NCBI RefSeq assembly: GCF_006345805.1
Contig: NC_043010.1
Coordinates: forward strand, 37,944,001-38,008,000
Length of the DNA stretch: 64,000 nucleotides
Reading direction: 5' to 3'
Origin: Octopus sinensis
Lineage: Eukaryota
Positions 38,294-51,347 of the stretch are shown piece by piece. The position numbers and the translations under genes are program-made. Numbering within the stretch: the stretch's first letter is position 1; the number at the start of each line of letters is the position of its first letter. The notes under the pieces were generated by a model. That model was not told the origin of the DNA, did not search any database, and saw nothing but the letters and a program-made list of their open reading frames with translations.

Positions 38294-38670
38294 TAATAGT
38301 AATAATAATAGAAATAGAGCAGCTAAGAATAGCGCACATCCTACGCAAAATGCTATCAATTCAATGCTACAAACCAAACAAAATAATCCACAATCACTCT
38401 GTACAGTAAATATTCAATAAAATAGACAACCCACACAACATGTACTCTACAGGTCGCATTGCACACACAACACACAGGACAAACACTAAAGCAACAAAAG
38501 GCTGCAACTGAACCCCGTAACAAAACAAAACGGATGCTATACAATACTGGGAAGTTTGTACTCCCCCCTCAACGATAAAAATCAAAGAACACAATGCAGT
38601 ACACACACCTCAGCAATGTGGAGTTGTAGCAGGTGTTGCAGTTGAAATTTGCCTGAAACTATCAAATGTC

Positions 38671-38703
<33 letters not shown>

Positions 38704-38925
38704 TAATAGTCCTTTCTGCTATATGCACAAGGCCTGAAATTTTAGGGGAAGGGGAATAGTCAGTTATATCGACCCCCAATGTTTCACTGGTACTTAATTT
38801 ATCAATCCCAGAAGGATGAATGGCAAAATCAAACCCTGCAGAATTTGAACTCATAGCGTAAAGAGGGACAAAATACCGCTATGCATTTTGCCCGGTGTGC
38901 TAACGATTCTGCCAGCTCACTGCCT
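36900..38925 (-). repeat. Cluster of about 7 minus-strand SINE-B copies and one family D SINE (37258-37568, +) interleaved with (AAT)n
   Basis: Recurrent GATGAAAGGCAAAGTCGACC...GAATTTGAACTCAG blocks. Confidence 0.8.
38311..38710 (+). mobile_element. 3' end of an RLE-type (R4/Dong-like) LINE in an (AAT)n tract
   Basis: IAHILRKMLSIQ resembles the terminal AHILRKVLS motif of RLE LINEs; flanked by (TAA)n on both sides, the known Dong target. Confidence 0.5.
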
Positions 38926-39081
38926 TAATAATAATGATTTCATTTAATTATCATTATGGTGATGGATGAGTGGGGGACAATGCAATAATAATAACAATAA
39001 TAATCATTTCTGTTTTAGACACAAAGCCTGATTTATTATTATTAAGGTGCCTGCTTGCCACACTAATAATAATAATAATAA

Positions 39082-40205
39082 TCTGATGTAGTACCAGGCA
39101 GTGGCTCTCATGGCTTCTGATCTTAACTGATTGGAAGTGTTATCATGTACATTGTTTTGTCTTGGTATAAAAGATGGGCTACAGCAAATATTCTGCTCAA
39201 TACCACAGATTTGCTTGTCAGTTGTTTGACCATAACCAGTTGAGCATGTCCCTTAGTGGCTGACGATATGTGCATCTCTGATCACGAGCAGAAGTAGTGG
39301 GGGAGCATCATAGCCATGTGTTGAGAGGGATTCTTTGGGGTTTGAATAATTCACCTCTGGAAACATGGGTGGTTCTTTCAACATCCTTAAACAACCCTTA
39401 TTCAGGGACCTTTTGAGCGGGATGGGCTACTCAACTTGAAAAAAATTCTAACTGGGCCCCACCTGCAAGGTCATGTGCTGTTTATCTTGATATGAGATCA
39501 CCATGTCGCGCACATGTGGTTGTGATGCATGTGCCTGGTGTACCCTTATCAGACGGGTAGTCATGATGGGTATATTGGGCTTCGTATATTTTACCCCAGT
39601 GTCACTTTGATGGCATGCACTGCTCTCTCACTCAATAATAATAATAATAATAAATGCCCTGATGCAGTATCAGGGCTAGCTCTCATGGTTTCTGACCTTA
39701 AATGATTGGAAGTATTATCATGTACATTGTTTTGTCTTAGTATAAAAGATGGGCTACAGCAAATATTTAGCTCAATACCACAGATTTGACCATAACTAGT
39801 TGAGCATGTACCTTAGTGGCCGACAATATGTGCATTTCTGACCACTAGCAGAAGTAGTGGAGGAGCATCATAGCCATATGTTGAGGGGAATTCTTTGGGC
39901 TTTGAATAATTCACCTTTGGAAACATGGGTGTTTCGTTCAACATCCTTAAACAACCCTTATTCAAGGAGTTTTTGAGCTGGATTGGCTACTCAACCTGAA
40001 AAAAATTCTAACTAGGCCTCATCAGCAAGGTCATGTGTTGTTTATCTTGATATGAGATCACTATGTCGCACACATATGGTTGCGATGCATTTGCCTGGTG
40101 TACCTGTATCAGACGGGTAGTCATTATAGGTACACTGGGCTTTGTATATTTTACCCCAATGTCACTTTGGCATGCACTGCACTCTCAATAACAATAATAA
40201 TAATA
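39082..40205 (+). mobile_element. Two tandem copies of a ~550 bp (AAT)n-flanked interspersed repeat
   Basis: Copies at 39082-39634 and 39654-40187; further copies at 56637-57176(-) and 19625-19812(-, partial). Confidence 0.85.
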
Positions 40206-40230
40206 AAGGCACAAGTCCAGCCATTCTGTT

Positions 40231-40562
40231 TTAGTTAGTTAGTTAGTTAATTTGGCTCAAAAGCAAATAGCAAGGCCATGTAGGGGGACATGGAGTTAAG
40301 TACAGGGTGGTGTTCATGTAAAGAGTTCAGGCCACTTGAGGTCCAGGGAGGCTTTGAACAAAGCGGTCGTCGGCATCTTCACCATCTCGTCTGGCAGCTT
40401 GTTCCACGGATCCGCAACCCGGACGGAGAAAGCTCCTCTCCTTCGATTGAGATGAAATCGTCGCAGGTAGAGCTTTTCGGAATGACCCCGCAGCCGACGC
40501 TCTGGAGCAGGAGTGAAGAACAGCTCTTTCGAGAGGGTAGAGGGTTTGTCAATGCCATCAGC
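40231..40562 (-). mobile_element. CR1-type LINE 3' fragment
   Basis: LRGHSEKL...FSVRVADPWNKLP...FKASLD is the CR1 ORF2 C-terminus; (TAAC)n tail. Confidence 0.85.
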
Positions 40563-42069
40563 AGTGGTACTTGACCGGAACTTTATTTTATTGACCCTGG
40601 AGGGGTGAAAGGCAAGGTTGATCTTGGTAGGATTTGAACTCAGAATGTGAAGTGCCAGAACTAAATGCTGCAAGGTATTTCATTTGATGTTGTAATGGGT
40701 TTGGCATAGGCACAGGACCAGCAGATCGAAGAGATTGGGGGTCAGTCAGTTGCATCAACTCCAGTATTTTACTGCTATTTTATTTTATGGATGCGAGAGG
40801 GAGGAAAGACAAAGTTGATTATGGTAGGACACAAACTCAGAAAGCAAAGAGACTGGAGTGTTTTTTTTTTTTTTCCCAATGCTCCAATGATAATGATTCT
40901 ACCAATCCACCATGTTTTCTGACTTTGACACAAGGTCATGCCTTATGATGATGATGATGGTGGTGGTGGTGGTGGTGGTGGTGGTGGTGGTGGTGGTGAT
41001 GGATGAGGTGTAGTAAATTATATTGATCTCAGTACTTCACTGGTAATTATTTTATCAATACTGGAAGGTTGAAAAGCAAAGCTAACTTTAGAGCCATTTG
41101 AACATAGAATGTAAAAAAAAAAAATCTATAATTAAATGCCACAAGGTGTTTTGTCTGGTGCTCTACCAGTTCTGTCAACAACTACCTTTAAAGTCATAAC
41201 TTTAGTGTTACCTTTTATCTTTTATTGGTTTCAGCCAGGGGTTGTTGCCATGCTGGAGCACCACAATTAAAGAATATGTTGCCTCTCCAGCAGGGAATTG
41301 AACAGTAGTCTCCTGTGTGACAGGTGGAGATACTTACCCCTATACTGTTGGTTTCAGCGATTAATTGTCTAATTATTCAATCAATAGGATAACCTCCTCA
41401 TTGCATTAACATGTAAGTGGCTGAGTTCTCCACAGACATGTGTTCCCTTAATATAGTAGTTAGGCTGAATCAGCATGACAATGCGTAACAAGACTGATCC
41501 TTTGTATTACAAGCACAGGCTATTAACAAATTTCAGCACAGTTTTCCATCACTGCAGTTTCACTCACAGGATTCTAGTTAATCTGAGTCCATGGTGAAAG
41601 ACACTTGCCTAAAACGTCATGTAGTGGGACTGAACCTGAGATCTTGTGGTTGTGAACTTGTTGATTATCTGGGCATGGCTACATCCTCATTATAACTTCT
41701 AAAATAAATGCATATATGAGATTTTCTGGGAATGCTACTTGTAAATGACTGGTGTCCTATCCAGGGAACTAGTTACCTCCCATCTGCTTCAGTTTCTTAC
41801 TGACTTACAAACATTAAAAGCTTTACACGGGTTCTGAGATATTTTTTTGTTTACAGTCCTTATGGAAGGGCATGCTAATCTTAAAACTTGGAAGTTGTTG
41901 TTTGACCCCAGGTTAACCACATATGATCAAAGTCATTCCAATCCTGACCATCCTATCCTATTTCAAGAGACTGTATTTAAGACTACGCTGTATAATGTGT
42001 CCTTCCCTTTTTAATTTTGATCAATCAGATATGATCAACAGCATTCTGTTTATGACCATCCCGCGTATT

Positions 42070-42291
42070 TTAACCCTCCAACATTTAAACTGATTTGGCC
42101 AAAATATTCTACCTGTTTTATGTTAAACTGACCAGCTCTTGTATCTCACACCTACCCTATAATGTCCTTCTAAAAATAAACAATCACATCATCGAAATTT
42201 TGAAGTTAGAAAAATGATTCACAATTAATTCAAATTAGTATGAATAAACAAGCATTACATTTACAGAATAATCCGAATGCTAAAAGGTTAA
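42070..42291 (-). mobile_element. piggyBac-like MITE (family 1)
   Basis: TTAACCC...GGTTAA termini; sister copies at 52132-52357(+) and partial ones at 12215-12428. Confidence 0.7.
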
Positions 42292-42734
42292 GACATATTG
42301 TATCTAATGCTACATTATCCACTGTGTTCTTCCATTTCAAAATGACAGTATGTAGTTTGAAGGAAACTTGGCTGCTATTTCTATCCATGTACACAATGAT
42401 ATATAGACTTCTTTGTTAGCACATAGAATACTTTAAAGTAAACACGTTCTCTCTACGTAAGATCTTATAAAATTTATCAACAGAAATTCGGTCAGTCAAA
42501 TGAATATTTAGTAACAACCATTGCTCTTTTGGTCTCCACTTTTAAGAGAGGTTAAGTAGTTTCATTGAAGGAGATTTACTTATATCATTGAGTGAATTAT
42601 GTGATGACATAAGTCCTTCACAAGCACTCTTGTATTTAAAAACAGTCCCATTATATTCTGCTATATCTGGTAGTCTTTCCGGCCTTTGTGCAGAGCAAGT
42701 AGAACAGTTTGCTCTAGCTCTTTGTCTCTCTTAG

Positions 42735-43010
42735 CAAGGCTGGGATAGTAGTGTCGTTGCCAGTGCTGTTGGACTGGCTCCTGTGCAGGTGGCACATAAA
42801 AAACACCATTTGAGCATGGCTGTTACCAGTACCGCCTGACTGGCCCTCATGCCGGTGGCACGTAAAAGCACCCATTACACTCTCGGAGTGGTTGGCGTTA
42901 GGAAGGGCATCCAGCTGTAGAGGCTTTGCTAGATCAGATTGGAGCCTGGTGCAGCCATCTGGTTCGCCAGTCCTCAGTCAAATTGTCGGACGTTAAATGA
43001 TGATGATGAC
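42735..43010 (+). mobile_element. RTE 3'-UTR-derived short element
   Basis: GGTGGCACGTAAAAGCACC...GGACGTTAAATGATGATGAT. Confidence 0.85.
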
Positions 43011-44789
43011 GATAGTTGTGGTGGTGGTAATTTATAAGCCTTAATAGTGTTGAGGCAGTGGTGATTTATGATAAATGGTGATTAAGGTATTGGAAATTTA
43101 TGATGGATATAATGGTTATTGAAGTTGTGGTTAGCGATTTATGAGGACTAATGACAGTTGTGGTGGTCCTTGATAGTAAATGCGGATGATGATGATAGGT
43201 GAGTGGTGGTGATTAGTGATGAATGATATTGATGTGATTAATGAAAAATGATGTTGATTGTTAAGGTGATATCAGTTTATAGTGAATGTTACTTATGATG
43301 TTTAAGCTAGTGGTAGTGATGATGGCTGAAATGATGTGATTGATGAGGATTATTAATGGCTGAGATAGTAGCAATCAATTAGGATTAATGATGGTCAAGA
43401 TGGTGGTGATGGATCTGATAATGGTTGGCTGCTTGTTATTGATAATGATTGGGGTGATGGTGACTGATGATGACTAATGATGGTTGGGGCTCCAGTACAT
43501 GATGGTTATGGTTGTTGGTATGATGATGGTTGAATGGCAGTGATTGTTGTCACTGTGATGGAGGACATATAATGTAGTTCATGTTGTTTTCCTCCCTAAA
43601 ATGAAGTGTGTATTAATTAATTGAACCAAAATATTAAAGGAAAAAGAAAAAAAAAAACTAGCAAGTCGAACAAAGAAATGAACATAATGAATAAATTAAT
43701 CAGTTAAATCAGTAGAAATATAGCAAAAAATATTTAATTTTTTTTTTCTTTTTTCAAAAAATTACATAGTTGTAAAAAAAATAACCCATGATGAAATAGT
43801 GAAACAAAAAACTATAAAACTGTAAAAGCATGTAATAGAATTATTAAGAAGAAGTAAAACTAAAATCATTTAAAAAATTTAATGATTATATAATTACAAA
43901 AAAATATAATAAAATGCTTTCAAAAAATAATTACTACATAAATGTAAAAAAAAAAATTGTCATAAAATTATTATTATAATAATTGTAAAATAAAAAAAAA
44001 AAATGATATTCCGAATGGGAAATAAAAAATAAATTTGTATTAACCAAAATTAAAAAATGTCCTAAAATATCACACAGGAAAAAAAATTCTGTGTTCATTT
44101 TTGTTCTTAAAGAATATTAACATCTTCTGTTGTAGAACCAGTAAAAGAACTGTGTTTGTTCTCCCAAAACATATCCAAAATTTTCTTGTCTCCCCCATGG
44201 GAAGGAATTGTTCAAGATTTGGAACTGGTTTCTTTTCTGCTAATAATCTGCTGTTGGATTATCCATCAATTACTAATAACCACCGGGGAATTTCGTTTCT
44301 TCTTTCAAAAATGAGTTCCATATCATCGTTGTAGCTGTTATTGCTATTGTTGTATATTATTTTCATTACGGTGGTGAATTATCAGACTTGGCTGGGTGGT
44401 AGAAGGACAAAAAAAACCTTCTGGTGTTTTTAGTTATATTCTTATAAATTCTAAATTTAAACCTTCCCACTGAAGACTTTGCGCTTTTATGTCCTTCAAG
44501 GGTTGGCAGAATGATATAACAGGCATGGCTATGTGGCTAAGAAGTTTACTTTCTAATCAAGTGGTTCCTGGTTCAATCCCATTGCACAAAAATCTTGTTT
44601 ATGTATCTTTCTTCTATCATAGCCTTAGATTGACTAATACTCCATGATACTGCTTATATTCAGGTGTTATGCAGCAATGCAGTTTATACACAAGTATCAT
44701 ACAACCTTGTCCTTCACTCTGAGAGAGAGACCTTTGTCATCAGCTAAAGTAATAGTTCCTTGAATATATTTTCCAACCTGTTCTTATAG

Positions 44790-45118
44790 GCACAGGTATG
44801 ACTATGTGGTTAAGAAGTTCACCTCCCAACCAGATTCAGGTTCAGTCCCACTGCATGGCACCTTGAGCCTTAGGTCAACCAAAGCCTTGTGAATGGATTT
44901 GGGTGGGGGAAACTGAAAGAAGCCTGTCATACATATATATATATATATACAATTATAGGTGCAGGAGAGGCTGTATGGTAAGTAGCTTGCTTACCAACCA
45001 CATTGCTCCAGGTTCAGTCCCACTGCATGGCACCTTGGGCAAGTGTCTTCTACTATAACCTCGGGCTGGCCAAAACCTTGTAAGTGGATTTGGTTGACAG
45101 AAACTGAAAGAAGCCTGT

Positions 45119-45154
<36 letters not shown>

Positions 45155-46576
45155 TGTCCCTCCACCATTGCTTGACAACCGCTGTTGGTGTGTTTATGTC
45201 CCCGTAACTTAGCAGTTTGGCAAAAGAGACTGATAGGATTAAGTACTAGGCTTACACAGAATAAGCCCTGGGGTCAGTTTGTTCAGTTAAAGGTGGTGCT
45301 CCAGCACGGCCGTAGTCAAGTGACGGAAACAATTAAAAGAATAAAAGAATATTGATGTTTAAGAATAAGAACCAGAGAGCTAAGTGTAGGAAGTTTGTAA
45401 GCTTCAAGCAGTCAGTGGCAGGTATAGACAACAAAAAGTGGACATTGTATGGTCAGGAACAATAGCAATTTATTGATATTGAAGGTTACACACTTTTTTC
45501 CCGCATTGAAGTTACAAGGGAATTCAATAAGCTGAAAGTTTCTGTATAGCTCATTGTTAAGAACTAGAGTTGTTACGAATGTAAATAGGCGTAGGAGTGA
45601 CTGTGTGGTAAGTAGCTTGCTTACGAACCACATGGTTCCGGGTTCAGTCCCACTGCATGGCACCTTGGGCAAGTGTCTTCTACTATAGCCTCAGCTGACC
45701 AAAGCCTTGTGAGTGGATTTGGTAGATTGAAACTGAAAGAAGCTCATCGTATATGTATATATATATGTATGTTTGTGTGTATATGTTTGTGTGTCTGTGT
45801 TTGTCCCCCCAACATCACTTGACAACCAATGCTGGTTTGTTTACATCCCCGTAACTTAGTGGTTCAGCAAAAGAGACCGATAGAATAAGTATTAGGCTTA
45901 CAAAGAATAAGTCCTGGGGTCGATTTGCTCGAGTAAAGGCGTTGCTCCAGCATGGCCACAGTCAAATGACTGAAACAAGTAAAAGAGTAAAGATCCAAAT
46001 TGAGCGAGGAGAATGGATAAAACCCGAGCTACATTTGTTTCTTAGCTAGCCAATCCTCTGATGTAGTAATAACACAATGTGGGGTACTCAACTTAGTTAT
46101 TTCTTAGGCTGAGAATACCTTAATTACATGAAGGTTACATTGACACTTGGAATTCCCAAGTTAACTCACTACAGATGTGAATTGAAATGGAGAATAAGAA
46201 ACCAATAAAATAAGTATCAGGTACAGAAAAATTAAGTATTGGGGTCAATTTGTTAAACTAAAACCTTCAAGGTGATGTCCCAGCATGGCTGCAGTCCAAT
46301 GACTGAAACGAGTAAAAGATAAAAGATGTCTTCGTTAATACCAATTAAATAAAAATGATGTCATTTTTTTTTACTTGTTTCAGTCATTTGACTGCAGCCA
46401 TGCTGGAGCACCGCCTTTAATCGAGCAACTCGATCCCAGGACTTGTTCTTTTTTAAGCCCAGTACTTATTTTATCAGTCTCTTTTGCCAAACCGCTAAGT
46501 GACGGGGACGTAAACTCACCAGCATCGGTTGTCAAGCGATGTTGGGGGGACAAACACAGACATACAAACATATACG

Positions 46577-46615
<39 letters not shown>

Positions 46616-46775
46616 GAAGGGCTTCTTTCAGTTTCCGTCTACCAAATCCACTCACAAGGCTTTGGTCGGCCCGAGGCTATAGTAGAAGACACTTGCCCAA
46701 GGTGCCACGCAGTGGGACTGAACCCGGAACCATGTGGTTTGTAAACAAGCTACTTACCACACAGCCACTCCTGTG
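44790..46775. repeat. Cluster of SINE-A copies (44960-45345 +, 45590-45990 +, 46365-46775 -, plus fragments)
   Basis: Direct matches to family A. Confidence 0.85.
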
Positions 46776-47054
46776 CCATTGTTTGTGTTTCTTCAGTAAG
46801 ACTGAGTGGCATTGTTGGTTTCCATGTATGAGAGCAGTAAAATGAAAATACCTTACTTGGAAAACGAAATAAAGTTGGGAACAGGGAGAGCATCCAGATA
46901 TAGAAATTCAAGTCAGCATGGAAAGATAAATGTAAAGATGATGATCACACGTGCACACATCTGTACATACACACATCATATAGCTGCATAGGCGGTGCTC
47001 CAGTGTGGCCGCAGTCAAATGACTGAAACAAGTAAAAGAATAAAAGGATATATA

Positions 47055-48637
47055 TCTATATATATATATAAAACAGTGTTTGTGTGTGGTGTGTATGTTC
47101 CTTATGGATTCGAAAACTGAGCTGCCAAATTTGATGTATGTGGTATCAAAAGATTCAGTAATCTTTTGGCTATCAAATGGAGTGTTTTTTGCATAACTCT
47201 TTTTTACTAGAAAAATGACCTCAAAAATGAGGTTGGGTTACACAGTTTTGAGGTAATTTGGGGGTAATATTTGGATTTGCTTCTAATCTACATTGCCAAT
47301 TTTAATGTTTTTGGTGTCAAAAAATGCAGCATGTTATGCAGTGTTATGAATGCATTTGTGATGCACACAGTCCTATTCGTCAATGGAAAATAACAAAAAA
47401 ACATGCTTTTTTGGAACAATTATTGGCATATTTCCGTCAATAATGGCTTTTGTGCCATAACTAAACTGCTAATATGAACATCTTCAGTATTCCGTGATTA
47501 AACAATGTTTTTGAAGTATTGTGATACCATTTCTTTGCACAAAGCCCTATTTTTCAACAGAAAATTTACTAATGAACCGTCTTTCTGGCATAATTGTGAT
47601 CACTTCTAATATTACTACCAAAACCAATTTGTCCATGTAGATTTTCTTTGTAGCAAATGACACGGGAATGCCAAATGGGTGTCCTCAGGTTTAAATTCAA
47701 TAAAATTTCCCCAAGGATTAAGCACAGCAAGAGCCTATATTCACTCAAATGTGGTAAAGACATGCAGCAATAACTAAAACTTTTCGAGCTTTTTTGCCTT
47801 AAACATTTTTCTCTTTATTCACCTCAATTTATGCAAAGTTGCTTATTGCTATTAGTATATATTCATGCCTATTATTCAATCGATAAGCCGCTAAGTTCAT
47901 AAAGATTTTGCTACAATCACCCTATTTTTCACAGTGGTTGAGCATGTACTATAACACAGATGGTGCAATGGAAAACAAATGTCTAACCTGATAACTTCAG
48001 TGAAGATAACAACAACACTGTGCCTCTATCATCATCATCATCATCATCATCATCGTTTAACGTCTGTTTTCCGTGCTAGCATGGGTTGGATGGTTCGACC
48101 GGGGTCTGGGAAGCCAGGAGGCTGCACCAGGCTCCAGTCTGATCTAGCAGTCTTTTTACAACTGGATGCTCTTCCTAACGCCAACCACTCCATGAGTGTA
48201 GTGAGTGCTTTTTACGTGCCACTGGCACAGGTGCCAGGGGGAGCTGGAAGTGACCACAATCGGTTTATGTGCCACCTGCACGGAAGCCAGTCAAGGTGGC
48301 GCTGCAATCAGCCATGTTTGGCTGGTACTTTTTATGTGCCACCAGCACAGGTATCACAACTACAATTTCCATTTGATATTTATTTTGATGTTGATATACT
48401 TGACTCAGTAGTCTCCTCAAATGCAAGGGTAAATTAGGGACACATACATGCATGAGTCTGCCCGCAGTGCATGTTCCTTCCTTCATTGGTTGGGATGCAC
48501 ACAACATTCATTGACTGGTACAATTTCAAATCAATTTTTCCTCACCAGAGACGTGCTGCAGTACCAGTTGGTCGTAGTGATATTGTCATCAACGACCTGG
48601 GCAATGTTGGTGTGTGTTGTGTGTACGTTGAACTTGA

Positions 48638-48672
<35 letters not shown>

Positions 48673-48723
48673 TACAATCTGGCTGTAGGTCATAACACCC
48701 AGGCAACGCTGGGTTGCATTGAT
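47055..48723 (+). mobile_element. Non-autonomous Helitron-like element, with an RTE-tail element nested at about 48020-48415(-)
   Basis: 5' A|TCTATATATATATATAAAA start and 3' GC hairpin ACCCAG-GCAACG-CTGGGT (48697-48714) about 10 nt from the end; the CTAG terminus is degenerate. Confidence 0.55.
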
Positions 48724-48724
48724 A

Positions 48725-49520
48725 ATATATATATATAAAACCATATATTTGCTAATTTTATCTTCTAAACCATTCTTTAATTTCTTTTTGACTTCCAGAA
48801 TATCAATAGAAAACCACTCAAGCAATCCCCCGATTCAAATGACCATCCCTCACATTCAAGTTTCTTCATTACCCACCCACTATCACATTACTAACCTTCC
48901 ACTTTATTTCTTAGAATTTTAGCTTTTGTGCCAAAATAATGAAAATACATTATTTTTCTCCTGCTTACAGAATTCTTCTCACAATTGTAAATAACAACCT
49001 TAACATTCTTTTCTCGAAATGAAAGCTTTCTATTTTTCTTTTTACAGAACTTTACAAAAGAAAATTATCCCTCCTATTTGAATAAACCACTAAGTGAAAT
49101 TTGAAGACCAAGTCAAAATTGGTTTTGACTGGGTTTTCAGATTTACCTGGCAGCTTGTTCAACCAGTAGTGATAATTTTCTTTCGTAAAGTTTGTAAAAA
49201 GCCAAAAAAAAAAAAAAGAAATAGTTTCATTTTAAAATTAAGTGTGAAGGTTGTTATTTACAGTAGTGAGCCAAAACCTAGAAGAGGGAGAAAAATGGTG
49301 TAGTTTTATTATCTTGGTGCCAAGATGAAAATTTTGAGGAATAAATTTGAAGGTTAGTAATGGAAAAGTGGGTGGGCAAAGGAAGGGGTCGAATGTGAAG
49401 AATGGTCAGTTGAATTGGGAAATTACTAGAGTGGTTTTGTATTGTATTCTCATTAAGGTCAAGAGGAAAGTGAGGAATATTAAAGAAAATCAAAGTAGTG
49501 AACATATATTTATATCTATA
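48725..49520. repeat. ~800 bp spacer-less diverged palindrome centred at 49120/49121
   Basis: 48810-48920 aligns gap-free to the reverse complement of 49328-49438 (about 25 mismatches in 111). Pairing continues inward to a 22 bp stem with a TTGG loop. Confidence 0.85.
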
Positions 49521-49997
49521 TATCTTTGTGTGTGTGTGTGTGTTGAGTTTATATAATCAACCACCTTCCTGTCACCAAACTCTAAACATATTTCTCAGAA
49601 TTTTATCCTTTACTTCAAACTAATAAAATATTCTCTTCGTCTATTTCTCTCACAGAATTTTCCTGTAACCCGGGTCCCTCCACCTCCACCATTTTATAAA
49701 TGAATTGTTCCAATTTCCTTCATAAAAACATAATAAAAGAAAATTATCATTAAAACTGTAAAACTGAAACTCTGTTAAAATTAATTTTACAACTTGACTG
49801 ATCTGTTAGTATTGAGTCCTACATCTGTGAATGGTCTGTTGTCAACCTTTAGATTCATTTAAAAGTTGCAAAGTTGTTGAATCCAAAATTTATACATTTG
49901 TGTATGTGTCCATGTGTATATACATATATATTGCTTAGACATTGTGAGACTAACAACCTGGTGTAGAACTAAATATATACTGATGCTTCAGAACAAA

Positions 49998-50405
49998 GTT
50001 TCAGTCATTTGACTGTGGCCATGCTGGAGCACTGCCTTTCGTCAAGCACATCGACCCCAGGACTTATTCTTTGTAAGCCTAGTACTTATTCTATAGGTCT
50101 CTTTTGCCGAACCGCTAAGTTACAGGGATGTAAACACACCAGCATCGGTTGTCAAGCGATGTTGGGGGGACAAACACAGACACACAAACATATACATATA
50201 CACACACACATATACATATATATATATATATATACATACATACATACAACAGGCTTCTTTCAGTTTCCATCTACCAAATCTACTCACAAGGCTTTGGTTG
50301 GCCCAAGGCTATAGTAGAAGACACTTGCCCAAGGTGCCACGCAGTGGAACTGAACCCGGAACCATGTAGTTCATAAGCAAGTTACTTACCACACAGCCAC
50401 TCCTA
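49998..50405 (-). mobile_element. SINE family A, full length
   Basis: Reverse-complement match to the family. Confidence 0.9.
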
Positions 50406-50465
50406 CGAGTATAGAATGGTAATAAGAAACTGAGATGACAAAGGAATTCATGATTATCTTATGAC

Positions 50466-50565
50466 CTTCATTAGCTTACAGCTGTTTCTGCTATAAGATG
50501 CAATGCACTTGTAGTTGAATGCCTAAGTATCACTTTATAGCTTCATCAGAGCTTCATACATGAAG
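50466..50565 (-). ncRNA. Type I hammerhead ribozyme with extended stem II and internal-loop stem I
   Basis: CUUCAU..AGCU-CUGAUGA-A-GCUAUAA...UUAUAGC-A-GAAA-CAGCUG-UA-AGCU.AUGAAG; palindromic ACAGCUGU stem III and GUA triplet. Confidence 0.8.
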
Positions 50566-51347
50566 TGCACGAATACGCCTATGTAGACAATACAGTAGAA
50601 GATGGAGAAATAGGTAATGAGTGTATATGCCATATTCAAGGAGGTTTTGCTCCTTCCTCAGCACCACATCCAGTCTATTAACCATCCACAAAACACATTG
50701 TTTAAATAGCTGCTAAATTTAGCTGTGAGACACAACTGGATAGACCAATTTACACAGGGGTCAGTGAACTGGGGTAAATTATCCCAGGTGGGATAAAAGT
50801 GAAATCCTTGGTAATGAGGACTCATTAGACATGAATAAAATTTTATAAAAAAATCATGTTCCTTGTGATGATAGAAATTTTTCTTCTGGCAACACTGCCT
50901 TTGTCCAATGTAATGGATGTGGAAATAGATTCAACAAACCTTTTGAATTCAAAGAATCTATGATTTTCTTCCCTTCAAATCAAGGGTGTAACGTTGGCAT
51001 AAATACATATATTTTGGGGTAATTGGTTAAAAAAGTTCTTTGACCCTTGGATTTGCATATTAAACACATCCTGACAACTGGTGTCATCATCATCATCATT
51101 GTTTAACGTCCACCTTCTATGCTGGCATAAGTTGGATGGTTTGACAAGAGCTGGCCAAGCAGAAGACTGCACCAGGCCTCTGTGTCTGTTTTGGCAGGGT
51201 TTTTATGGCTGGATACCCCTTCCTAACACCAATCACCCCACAGGGTGGACTGAGTGCTTTTTACATGGCATCAGCACAAATGAGGTCAGTTTTGATATGG
51301 CTTTTATTGCTGGATACCCTTCCAAATGCCAACCACTTCATAATGGG

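Noticed and set aside
43010-43570. Long degenerate (GAT/GGT)n tract, with similar tracts at 33230-33410, 35640-36070 and 59600-59960
   Set aside because: Decayed trinucleotide microsatellites with no higher-order period or maintained frame.
46375-46845. Recurrent ORFs containing RLPNPLTRLWSARGYSRRHLPK or TWYLIYRLQKDERQSQP
   Set aside because: These are chance frames through SINE-A and SINE-B consensus, repeated at many loci.
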